Source: Rickettsia typhi (GTDB lineage Bacteria; Pseudomonadota; Alphaproteobacteria; Rickettsiales; UBA1997). Taken from it: a DNA stretch of 61,136 nucleotides. The DNA is taken from positions 1 to 61,136 of the forward strand of contig CAMDJZ010000006.1 in the NCBI GenBank assembly GCA_945901265.1. Direction: 5' to 3'. The notes beneath the pieces are model-generated. The model did not search any database. It was not told where the DNA came from and saw only the letters and a program-made list of their open reading frames with translations. Shown here in pieces: positions 1-11,389 of the stretch; position 1 is the stretch's first letter, and each line of letters starts with the position of its first letter. A program made the translations under genes and the position numbers.

Positions 1-2
1 CT

Positions 3-1382
3 GGAGCCGGTGGACGTGGAGCAGGAGCACCTCCAGCACCTCCTGGAGGTGGAACGCCTCCGCCACCTCCAGTGCCACCAGCGCCTCCGTCTGAGCCAAG
101 AGCTGGCGGACCTACACAAGGAGGACGCAGAGCTTTTAGCCCTATGCCACCTATCCTTGAAGAACCACTTATGCCATCATCACCTCTGGCACCTAGAGCT
201 GGAGCATCTCTATCTCCATCATCAGAATCGCGGACATTTGCCTTTTATGATCCAACTCCCGAAGCACAAAAGGTTGATGTTGAAGCAAGACCTACTGGAT
301 CTGCTCCGCCTATTAAAACAAATAACCCTCTTGAGCTTGGTTCGGTAAATTTAGAAATTACTCAAAGAACAGCAATAGATCTTCAAGATAGTAATTCGCA
401 ACCAGCATTAAATGTTATTCGTCAATTCGACCCCGTTTATCAAAGAAATTTTGGCAATATAGATCTTTCTTTGGTTGATAAGAAAATTTCTGAATTACAA
501 AGTTTGATTAGTAAAGAAAGTATCATTGATCATAAATCGCCAAGCGGAATTAATGAAAAAATTATTTCTGAAATTCAAAGTCAGCAAGAAAGAATTACTT
601 TTGTCAAAGATTTTTTTGATCAAGCGGTTCGACAAAATCCTTCATCTCATCAGGTGTCTAAAACAATGGGAGAGAAGGTTAGTAATCTTCATGAAAATCA
701 AGCAACATTTGTTGAACAGTTAAAATCATTTAAACAAGATCAAGCGATTGAGCCTGAAGCAAGATCAACTTTGTTAGCGAAAATTGCTAAAGATTATGAC
801 TCGATTCAAAATCAACAACAGAGTTTTATTGAGCAATATAAAAGATCTACAGACATATCCTCAGGCCTTGTTGATGCCGTTGATCTTCAACAAATTAAAA
901 TTAAATTAGTTGAAGGAATTGACAAAGAAGTGTATGAAGGTATTAAATCGCTTTCAAAGCAAAGTGAACCACAAAGCCAAGCTGAATATAAAGCAGCTTC
1001 TGAGCGATTAAAAATTATTAATAATTCTATCGAGATTGAATTTGGAACTACTTTTAAAAAAATGCTTTTAGGCGGAAGTTTTTCTGACGCATTACTTCAT
1101 GGTGGATTGCCAATGCTTCAAGGTCCAGAAGCTAAACCATCTTCAATTCCAGAAAGTGAAAAAACAACTCTTGAAACCCAAAAACAAATTGCCAAAATAG
1201 TTTCTAAAGTATCTAAAATGAATATTAAACTCAAAGAATATGAGTTATCTCAGATTGAAGATCCAAGAAATGACAAAGCTGCAATTCTTCAAAATGAAAT
1301 TGGTAAATTAAAAAAACAACATGGAACTGTCAAAGCGATGCTTGGCAAAATTGATGAAGCTCTTGGTGTTGATAAGAAATAA
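3..1382 (+). CDS. Hypothetical protein, 5'-partial; Gly/Pro-rich segment followed by a coiled-coil/helical region
   Basis: The frame of the 72..1382 ORF stays open back to position 3 (GAGGRGAGAPPAPPGGGTPPPPPVPPAPPS), so the gene probably starts outside the window. The C-terminal part is Q/K/E-rich and helical; no family recognised. Confidence 0.8.
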   Translation, partial: GAGGRGAGAPPAPPGGGTPPPPPVPPAPPSEPRAGGPTQGGRRAFSPMPPILEEPLMPSSPLAPRAGASLSPSSESRTFAFYDPTPEAQKVDVEARPTGSAPPIKTNNPLELGSVNLEITQRTAIDLQDSNSQPALNVIRQFDPVYQRNFGNIDLSLVDKKISELQSLISKESIIDHKSPSGINEKIISEIQSQQERITFVKDFFDQAVRQNPSSHQVSKTMGEKVSNLHENQATFVEQLKSFKQDQAIEPEARSTLLAKIAKDYDSIQNQQQSFIEQYKRSTDISSGLVDAVDLQQIKIKLVEGIDKEVYEGIKSLSKQSEPQSQAEYKAASERLKIINNSIEIEFGTTFKKMLLGGSFSDALLHGGLPMLQGPEAKPSSIPESEKTTLETQKQIAKIVSKVSKMNIKLKEYELSQIEDPRNDKAAILQNEIGKLKKQHGTVKAMLGKIDEALGVDKK

Positions 1383-1510
1383 TTTTACTTATGCTTGACA
1401 AAGCAAGAATTAATCGTAATTTCTCATTTGTTTTTTAAAAAAATTATTTTAGAATCCTTATACTAAAATCTAGTTTTATAAAATTATTTAACTTTTGGTA
1501 TTTAACTTTT

Positions 1511-1588
1511 GGCAGACGTAGCTCAGTTGGTTAGAGCACCAGGTTGTGGTTCTGGGGGTCGCGGGTTCGAGTCCCGTCGTTTGCCCCA
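1511..1588 (+). tRNA. tRNA-His (GTG) with G-1 and encoded CCA
   Basis: Acceptor stem GCAGACG/CGTTTGC, anticodon loop TTGTGGT, T-loop GTTCGAGTC, extra 5' G opposite C73, CCA at 1586-1588. Confidence 0.97.
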
Positions 1589-1690
1589 CTAGTTTTATAA
1601 TTTTTAATAACTATTAAAAAGATTTTAGTAAAAATAACTACTTTCACCATATGTTGTTGAAAATTAATAATAATAAATAACTCATCATAA

Positions 1691-2368
1691 ATGGATATTA
1701 TAATATTTGCAATTATCGCTATTGTAATTTTTTACAAACTTAACAAGCAACTTGGTAAGATTGATGAAGAAGAAAAGCGTAGCATTGAAGACAAGGTTTC
1801 CTTGATGCGCAGAATGCAAGATGAATTGCTTAAGAAAAATAGCCCAAACAACCAAACTCAATCATCGCAACAAAAATTAATAGGGCAAAGTTCAACTATT
1901 CAGGGTTTAGAAAATTTAGATGAAGCAACTAAGCAAAATCTCGAAGCTATTTTTGCGTCATGTAATATTTCTTATGAATTTTTTATCAATGGTGCAAAAT
2001 CAGCATTTGAAATGGTTCTCAAAGCTTTTTGTGAGGGCGATATTTCGACCTTGAAAATGCTTTTATCTGAAAAAAATTTTTTAGCTTTTCAAAAAGCTCT
2101 TAATCAAAGAAATGTCGATCAACAAAAATTAACAACCAATCTTATTGCCATTGAAAAAGCTGAAATAATATCGGCAATCACACTAGAAAATAATGCCTCA
2201 ATTGTTGTTAAATTTGTTTCTAAACAAATTAATTATATTTGCGACAAAGATGATAAAGTTATTGACGGTAAAAAAGATGCGATTAATCAAATTACTGATA
2301 TTTGGACTTTTAAAAAAGATTTGACTATAGCAAATCCCAATTGGATTATCAATGCTACTTCGACCTAG
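1691..2368 (+). CDS. Tim44/TimA-like domain protein
   Basis: N-terminal TM 'MDIIIFAIIAIVIFYKL..LG', 'FINGAKSAFEMVLKAF', 'DIWTFKKD...NPNW' typical of alphaproteobacterial Tim44-like proteins. Confidence 0.88.
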   Translation: MDIIIFAIIAIVIFYKLNKQLGKIDEEEKRSIEDKVSLMRRMQDELLKKNSPNNQTQSSQQKLIGQSSTIQGLENLDEATKQNLEAIFASCNISYEFFINGAKSAFEMVLKAFCEGDISTLKMLLSEKNFLAFQKALNQRNVDQQKLTTNLIAIEKAEIISAITLENNASIVVKFVSKQINYICDKDDKVIDGKKDAINQITDIWTFKKDLTIANPNWIINATST

Positions 2369-2430
2369 TGGTATTTGTAATTAAAACTATAAATATTTGA
2401 ATATATTAAAAATAAATAAAATACTAATTT

Positions 2431-5085
2431 ATGGCAAAAATTGTTGAAAAATCTCTATTATCAGTAGGAAATAATAATTATAAATATTATTCAATTGTTG
2501 AATATGCCAAGAAAATTAATGCTGACATCTCAAAACTTCCCTTTAGCTTAAAGATTCTTTTGGAAAACATGCTTCGATTTTACGATGATGAAAATCTTTT
2601 GCGTGAGCATGTTGGGGCTTTGATCAATTCAGTTAAAGATGCCAATAATCGCATTGAAATAGCTTTTATACCAGCAAGAGTTTTGATGCAAGATTTTACA
2701 GGAGTTCCTGCGGTTGTAGATCTAGCAACGATGCGTGATGCGGTAAAAAAACTTAAAAAAGATCCCAAAAAAATTAATCCACTTGTTCCGGTTGATCTGG
2801 TGATTGATCACTCAGTGCAGGTTGATTTTTTTGGCGATAACAAAGCTTTTGAAAAAAATGTCGCACTTGAATTTGAAAGAAATTATGAGCGTTATGAGTT
2901 TTTGAAATGGGCACAGGAATCATTTACAAATTTTCGCGTTGTTCCACCAAATACTGGAATTTGCCATCAAGTTAATCTTGAAAATTTGGCAAAAGTTGTT
3001 TGGACTAAAGAGGAGCAGGGTGAATCGATTGTTTATTTTGATACCGTAGTTGGAACAGATAGCCATACTACCATGATTAATGGCTTAGGTGTTTTAGGTT
3101 GGGGAGTTGGCGGAATCGAGGCTGAGGCCGGAATGCTTGGACAGCCAAGTTCGATGTTAATCCCAGAGGTTATCGGTTTTAAATTAATTAACTCACTTCG
3201 CCCAGGAATTACTGCTACTGACTTGGTTTTGACGATAACACAAATGCTTCGTAAAAGAGGTGTGGTTGGAAAATTTGTAGAATTTTTTGGTAATGGAGTT
3301 GCTAATTTATCATTGGCAAATCGTGCTACAATTGCAAATATGGCACCTGAATATGGTGCAACTTGTGGGATTTTTCCAATTGATAAAATTACCTTGGATT
3401 ATCTTCATCTCACTGGTCGTAGCGAAGAAAATATTACTTTGGTTGAAAAATATGCTAAGGCGCAAGGAGTTTTTTGTGACCATGAAAGTCAAGCTCAATT
3501 TGGTGATATTTTGGAACTTGATTTGTCAACCGTAGTTCCGTCGATTGCAGGACCTAAGCGTCCCCAGGATCGAGTTAATCTAGACAAAGCTCGCGAATCA
3601 TTTCATGATTTACAAAATGAACTTAAAATTACCAATAAAAATAAATTTTTTATTCCGGAATTAAATACCGATTTAAGTGATGGTGATATTGTAATTGCTT
3701 CAATCACATCATGCACTAATACTTCTAATCCTTCGGTTTTAATTGGTGCTGGATTGCTTGCTAAAAAAGCAGTTGAAAATGGTTTAAAAATTAAAGGTCA
3801 TGTTAAAACATCTCTAGCTCCGGGTTCACAAGTGGTTGGCCAATATCTTCTTGATTCGGGTTTACAAAAATATCTCGATCAACTTGGTTTTAATATTGTT
3901 GGATATGGCTGCACAACTTGCATTGGCAATTCTGGTCCACTTCACAATCATATTGAAGAAGTTATAAAAAATAAAAATCTAACTGTTGCTTCGGTATTAT
4001 CGGGAAATAGAAATTTCGAAGGACGAATTCATCCACTTGTAAAAGCCAATTATCTTGCTTCACCTCCCTTAGTAGTTGCTTACGCATTGGCTGGAACTAT
4101 GGAAATTAATCTTGCAGATGAGCCAATCGCTACAAATAATTTTGGAAAAAAAATCTATCTTCGTGATTTATGGCCAAGTGATGAAGAAATTGAAAGTGTA
4201 ATTTCCAAAACTATTAATCGCAAAATGTTTATCGAAAAATATTCTAAACTTTTTGTTGGTAATAAATTTTGGCAAGATATTAAAGTTGAAAAATCTGATA
4301 CCTATAGCTGGAATCCTTCAAGTACTTACATTCGTTTGCCAAATTATTTTGATGATCTTGAGCGCAACAACGCCAAGGAAGTTAAAGATGCAAAGATATT
4401 GGCAGTTTTTGGCGATTCAATTACCACCGATCATATTTCTCCAGCTGGAAATATTTCTGCAACATCACCTTCGGCAATTTATTTAAACCAAAAAGGCGTT
4501 GAGAAAAAAGATTTTAATTCTTACGGTGCTCGTCGAGGTAATCATGAAGTGATGATGCGTGGAACATTCGCTAATATTCGTATTAGAAATGAGATGCTTG
4601 GTGGCACTAAAGAAGGTGGATTTACTAAAAATGATCGCGGTGAAATAGTTTCAATTTACGATTCAGCAATTGATTATAAAAATAAAAATATTGATCTGGT
4701 AGTTTTTGCTGGCAAAGAATATGGTACGGGATCTTCTCGCGATTGGGCTGCCAAAGGGGTGTTTTTATTAGGGGTAAAAGCAGTAATCGCCGAAAGTTTT
4801 GAGCGGATTCATCGATCAAACCTAATTGGTATGGGCGTTTTACCTTTGATTTTTAAAGCTGGAACTGATCGTAAAACTTTACAAATTTCTGGCGATGAGG
4901 TGATTGATATTTTAGGTATTGATTCTAAAATTTTACCAAAGCAAAATCTTAAAGGAGTGATCAAGCGTAAAGATGGATCAAAGACAGAATTTGATTTAAT
5001 CTGCGGTCTTGATACTGTAAGCGAATCTGAGTATTATAAACTTGGTGGAATTTTAAAATATGTTATTAATCAAATTGGCAATTAG
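2431..5085 (+). CDS. acnA: Aconitate hydratase A
   Basis: Motifs RVLMQDFTGVPAVVDLA, DSHTTM, ITSCTNTSNP, GYGCTTCIGNSG, GSSRDWAAKG; 884 aa. Confidence 0.98.
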   Translation: MAKIVEKSLLSVGNNNYKYYSIVEYAKKINADISKLPFSLKILLENMLRFYDDENLLREHVGALINSVKDANNRIEIAFIPARVLMQDFTGVPAVVDLATMRDAVKKLKKDPKKINPLVPVDLVIDHSVQVDFFGDNKAFEKNVALEFERNYERYEFLKWAQESFTNFRVVPPNTGICHQVNLENLAKVVWTKEEQGESIVYFDTVVGTDSHTTMINGLGVLGWGVGGIEAEAGMLGQPSSMLIPEVIGFKLINSLRPGITATDLVLTITQMLRKRGVVGKFVEFFGNGVANLSLANRATIANMAPEYGATCGIFPIDKITLDYLHLTGRSEENITLVEKYAKAQGVFCDHESQAQFGDILELDLSTVVPSIAGPKRPQDRVNLDKARESFHDLQNELKITNKNKFFIPELNTDLSDGDIVIASITSCTNTSNPSVLIGAGLLAKKAVENGLKIKGHVKTSLAPGSQVVGQYLLDSGLQKYLDQLGFNIVGYGCTTCIGNSGPLHNHIEEVIKNKNLTVASVLSGNRNFEGRIHPLVKANYLASPPLVVAYALAGTMEINLADEPIATNNFGKKIYLRDLWPSDEEIESVISKTINRKMFIEKYSKLFVGNKFWQDIKVEKSDTYSWNPSSTYIRLPNYFDDLERNNAKEVKDAKILAVFGDSITTDHISPAGNISATSPSAIYLNQKGVEKKDFNSYGARRGNHEVMMRGTFANIRIRNEMLGGTKEGGFTKNDRGEIVSIYDSAIDYKNKNIDLVVFAGKEYGTGSSRDWAAKGVFLLGVKAVIAESFERIHRSNLIGMGVLPLIFKAGTDRKTLQISGDEVIDILGIDSKILPKQNLKGVIKRKDGSKTEFDLICGLDTVSESEYYKLGGILKYVINQIGN

Positions 5086-5087
5086 TT

Positions 5088-5717
5088 ATGGAAGTTAGAG
5101 TTATTGGTGCAAATATTGAGGTTGGCAATACGCTTACAAAATATGTGCAAGAGCATCTTGAAAAGGTAGTTAAAAAATATTTTGAAAATGCTGTAAGTGC
5201 AGAAGTGCATTTTCACAAAGAAGGACATTTATTCAAAACCTTATTGTTAATCAATGAAGGGGTAAAGCGTGGAATCACTGTTAAATCTGACGGTGAAGCC
5301 GGTGATATATACGGTTCATTTAGTGAATCGCTTCATAAGGCGCAAACTCAATTACAGCGTTATAGTAGCCGTATTAAAAATTATCGAAAAAAAGGTGGCG
5401 GATTAAAAGGCGCAGAAATAAATTTCAAAGCTTTGAATGCTACTAAATACGTTATTCCAGCAATTCCTTTTGATATTTTACAAGAAATTGAAGATGAAAT
5501 TGAAAATAATAATTCAAAATCTGAAAATAAAATAAATCATAAAATAATTGCTGAAAAAACTACTGAAATTCAAGAGCTTAGTGTTGATGAAGCGATTATG
5601 AAAATGGATTTAGAAAATCTTCCAGCGCTAGTTTTTATAAACAATATTGACAAAAATATCAATGTTGTTTATCATCGCAAAGATGGAAATATTTCGTGGA
5701 TTAATCCACAAAAATAA
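5088..5717 (+). CDS. hpf: Ribosome hibernation promoting factor (long HPF/RaiA family)
   Basis: N-terminal S30AE-type domain plus C-terminal 'LSVDEAIMKMDL...NVVYHRKDGNISWINP'. Confidence 0.93.
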   Translation: MEVRVIGANIEVGNTLTKYVQEHLEKVVKKYFENAVSAEVHFHKEGHLFKTLLLINEGVKRGITVKSDGEAGDIYGSFSESLHKAQTQLQRYSSRIKNYRKKGGGLKGAEINFKALNATKYVIPAIPFDILQEIEDEIENNNSKSENKINHKIIAEKTTEIQELSVDEAIMKMDLENLPALVFINNIDKNINVVYHRKDGNISWINPQK

Positions 5718-5816
5718 TTTATAACATTATAAGCATATTTTGCATTTTTAATCTGATAAATTTAATCTGGCAAAATAAGTAAAATTAAAGCGAGCTAAAA
5801 GGAGGTATTTTAAGTT

Positions 5817-6011
5817 ATGGAAGTTTCAATTCATGGTAAAAATTTTGAAGGTGCAATTCGTGCATTCAGAAAAAAAACTCAAAAAGACGGAGTGGTAAAA
5901 GATTGTCGTCGCTACGCAGAGTTCGAAAAACCGTCTAAAAAGAAAAAAAGAAAACAAGATGAAAGTGTTATTCGTCGTCGTAAATTAAGGAAAGGTGAAT
6001 TTGTTTTTTAA
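5817..6011 (+). CDS. rpsU: 30S ribosomal protein S21
   Basis: 64 aa, basic, 'AIRAFRKK...FEKPSKKKKRK'; AGGAGG Shine-Dalgarno at about 5800. Confidence 0.93.
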   Translation: MEVSIHGKNFEGAIRAFRKKTQKDGVVKDCRRYAEFEKPSKKKKRKQDESVIRRRKLRKGEFVF

Positions 6012-6030
6012 TAAAAAATAAGTATCATTA

Positions 6031-6080
6031 AAGGGGGCTAAGTGGTTAAAGAAATTTTAATCACTTAGCCCTTTTTATTT
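6031..6080 (+). terminator. Rho-independent terminator after rpsU
   Basis: Stem GGGCTAAGTG...CACTTAGCCC followed by TTTTTATTT. Confidence 0.85.
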
Positions 6081-6569
6081 AGTAAAATTAAAAATTAAAT
6101 TTATCTTAAAACAAGATACTAGTTTAAAATTTAAATAGCTTATGCCAAGTAAAAATGCATTATTTAATTATTATAAATTAAGCTTCATTTTTGGATTAAA
6201 ATATTAAGGAATTATTCACGTTAATGAATGCGATAGGAAATCTCAGCTAATTTTTTATGCGACTAAGTTTTTAAAGAGTTTATATCAAAAATATTTTGCT
6301 ATAATTTGATTTAAGTATCAGAAATAGTATAATTTGAGACTTAAAATTTTTAATATTAATTATAATTTTTCACAAAATTTGTATAATTAATAATAAAAAA
6401 TTATTGACTTAAGCTATAAAAATTTTATTTTAAAAACTTATTTATTAGAAAATTTTTTGAATCTAGTTATTGATATATTGATAAATATAATAATAACTAG
6501 ATATAAATAATTAATGTTAATTATTAACTAAAAATAATAAATATAATTTTATCAAATAATTCTCTATAA

Positions 6570-8585
6570 ATGAAATTAAGTTCAAAAGATAAATCTCTTC
6601 TACTGCTCGTTGCTTCTGCAATTATTGTTATTTGGTTTTTTAGCTCGTTTTTTTTCAGTCTTTTCTATTCTACGAAATATAATAATGCGGATTTAAAAAA
6701 ACTAATTACCACTAAAAATGAACAATGGTTTAACCTTACTCGCTCCTTAGAAATTAATGATTTAGAGGATCGCGTTATTCTTTTACATTTTTGGAGTTAT
6801 TCTTGTGTAAGCTGTATTGAGTCAATTCCTAAAATTAAGGAATTGCAAAAAGAATATGGTAACAAACTGATTATAATTGGCATTCATTCGCCAATTTTTT
6901 CTAGTGAAAAAGATTATGGCGTTGTTAAAAAAGCAATATTGCGTCACGATATAACTTATCCTGTAATCAATGATGTCGAGCGGCGAATTTGGAAGGATTT
7001 TGATATAAAGCAATGGCCAAGTTTTTTAGTGATCAATCCCCACGGCGTGGTAAAAAAAAGATTTGAAGGTAAAAATGAAATTAATAAATTAAGTAATTAT
7101 ATTGCGGGTCAAATTAATAAATTCAAATTTCAAATTAGTCGAGATGCACTGCCAATATTGCTCGAAAAATTTAACAATATCGGCAATGTTTTAAGTTTCC
7201 CAACCAAACTAGCTTTTGCAAATAATTTCACTTTCAAATCACGACAATTACCGGTAATTTTTGTTGCCAATACTCAGCAAAATTCAATTATAGTTTCAAC
7301 AATTACAGGTGAAACTCTTTTGAAAATTGGCAATTCTCAACCAGGCTTGATTGATGGAAGTTTCGATGTTGCTTTATTCAACGCTCCACAAGGTTTGCTC
7401 TATGATGATAATAAACTTTTTGTTGCCGATACTGGTAATAATGCAATTAGAGTTGTAAATTTCAAAGAAGGTAAAGTGCAAACCATAATTGGCAATGGCA
7501 TGAGAGGAGAGGTTGTTCAAGATAATGATATTGATGGAAAAGCTATGTCCTTATCAAGCCCAACAGATATCGAATTTTTCCCCGATAATAACAATATCGT
7601 TATTAGCAATTCCGGAACTAACCAGATTTTGTTATATAATTTAAACGAGCAAGATATTTCAGTATTCGCAGGTAACGGTCAAGAGGGATTTGTTGATGGA
7701 AAATATCCCGATAATAAATTGGCGCAAACTGCTGATATGTCAGTTTATGGTAATAAGCTTTACTTCGTGGATGCCTTATCTTCATCACTTCGAAGTGCGG
7801 GTGAGGACGGAGAAGTTAAAACATTATTTGGTGCGCTAAATGATTCAAAAATTCATAATGCTCCTGAATTTGCAATCAATAAGTTAATTGATCAATCAGA
7901 TCATGACATACATCTTCAATCGCCAAGAGCTTTACTTGCTGACGATACTGGTATTTATATAGCTGATAGTCTTAATAATCGTATACGCAAATATGATTAC
8001 ACAACAATGCAATTGCGTGATTTAGTTGGTGGAAATCGCGGTGATGAACTGGGAAAAAAAACTAATTTTGATGAGCCAAGTGGAATTATTTCAGTTCTAG
8101 ATCGTTTTTACATTGCTGATACTAACAATAATCGTGTAGTTATGGTTAGTCGTGGTAACTTTGAGTCAGAATTGTTAAGCATTATGCCACCTTTAAAACT
8201 TCATAAGGAAGGTTTTTTGCAATATCTTCCGAATCTAGAAAATCTAAGCGAAGTTACTTTAAAAGCTAATAGCGAAATTGATTTAAAGATTGTTTTACAG
8301 CAAGGTTGGAAAATAAATGAACAAGGTCCAAGTTTTATTAATTTACTTACAGTAAAGGATGATCAGCAGGCTGATTTATTAGCTAATTTTGATTGGAATA
8401 TTATTAAAAATAAAGAATTAAAACTTCCCAAGCTTGCAGTTGAAAAAAAATATCTACTTCAAGGAAAGCTATATTACTGTAAGGACTCAAAAAATTCCTT
8501 ATGCTATATTAAAAGCTATGAACAAAAGATTAGTATAAAATCTGAAGAAGCTGCCACTAAAATTGAAATAAAATTAGGTAAATAA
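6570..8585 (+). CDS. Membrane-anchored thioredoxin-like + NHL-repeat protein (NHLRC2/SOQ1-like architecture)
   Basis: N-terminal TM; 'LHFWSYSCVSC' redoxin motif; NHL repeats (FNAPQGL, VADTGNNAIR, IADSLNNRIR, IADTNNNRV); C-terminal 'YYCKDSKNSLC'. Confidence 0.88.
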   Translation: MKLSSKDKSLLLLVASAIIVIWFFSSFFFSLFYSTKYNNADLKKLITTKNEQWFNLTRSLEINDLEDRVILLHFWSYSCVSCIESIPKIKELQKEYGNKLIIIGIHSPIFSSEKDYGVVKKAILRHDITYPVINDVERRIWKDFDIKQWPSFLVINPHGVVKKRFEGKNEINKLSNYIAGQINKFKFQISRDALPILLEKFNNIGNVLSFPTKLAFANNFTFKSRQLPVIFVANTQQNSIIVSTITGETLLKIGNSQPGLIDGSFDVALFNAPQGLLYDDNKLFVADTGNNAIRVVNFKEGKVQTIIGNGMRGEVVQDNDIDGKAMSLSSPTDIEFFPDNNNIVISNSGTNQILLYNLNEQDISVFAGNGQEGFVDGKYPDNKLAQTADMSVYGNKLYFVDALSSSLRSAGEDGEVKTLFGALNDSKIHNAPEFAINKLIDQSDHDIHLQSPRALLADDTGIYIADSLNNRIRKYDYTTMQLRDLVGGNRGDELGKKTNFDEPSGIISVLDRFYIADTNNNRVVMVSRGNFESELLSIMPPLKLHKEGFLQYLPNLENLSEVTLKANSEIDLKIVLQQGWKINEQGPSFINLLTVKDDQQADLLANFDWNIIKNKELKLPKLAVEKKYLLQGKLYYCKDSKNSLCYIKSYEQKISIKSEEAATKIEIKLGK

Positions 8586-8844
8586 TTTGAAATAAAGCTT
8601 TATTTTAAGTTTTTAAAAACCTATGATTAGAGTCAATATTTTGATGGTTTGAAGCATTAATGATTTTAATAAAAAAAATTAATCAATAATTTAATTATTT
8701 TTTTTGTTAATAATTAGCATAAAAAGTTAATTTTAATTAAGAATAATATATTTCTATTAAGTTTAAATATTTTATTTTTAACTAAAATTCTCCTAAATTA
8801 TTTTCTAATTAGCCTTTATTGAAGGCTAATCAAAGCATTTATAA

Positions 8845-11322
<2,478 letters not shown>

Positions 11323-11389
11323 TTAATTACATAAGTTAAATTGCAGGCTATTAATAAATAACAAATACTAATTATTTTGTTAATAAATA

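Noticed and set aside
10-348. His/Leu-rich 112-aa ORF
   Set aside because: Alternate-frame reading of the Pro-rich CCA/CCT codons of the real gene.
750-810. WH2-like helix 'ARSTLLAKIAK' in the first ORF
   Set aside because: The LKKV-type motif that should follow is absent, so WH2 is unsupported.
8808-8830. Hairpin ATTAGCCTT-TATTG-AAGGCTAAT upstream of gyrB as a terminator or riboswitch
   Set aside because: No U-tract and no recognisable aptamer; function cannot be supported.
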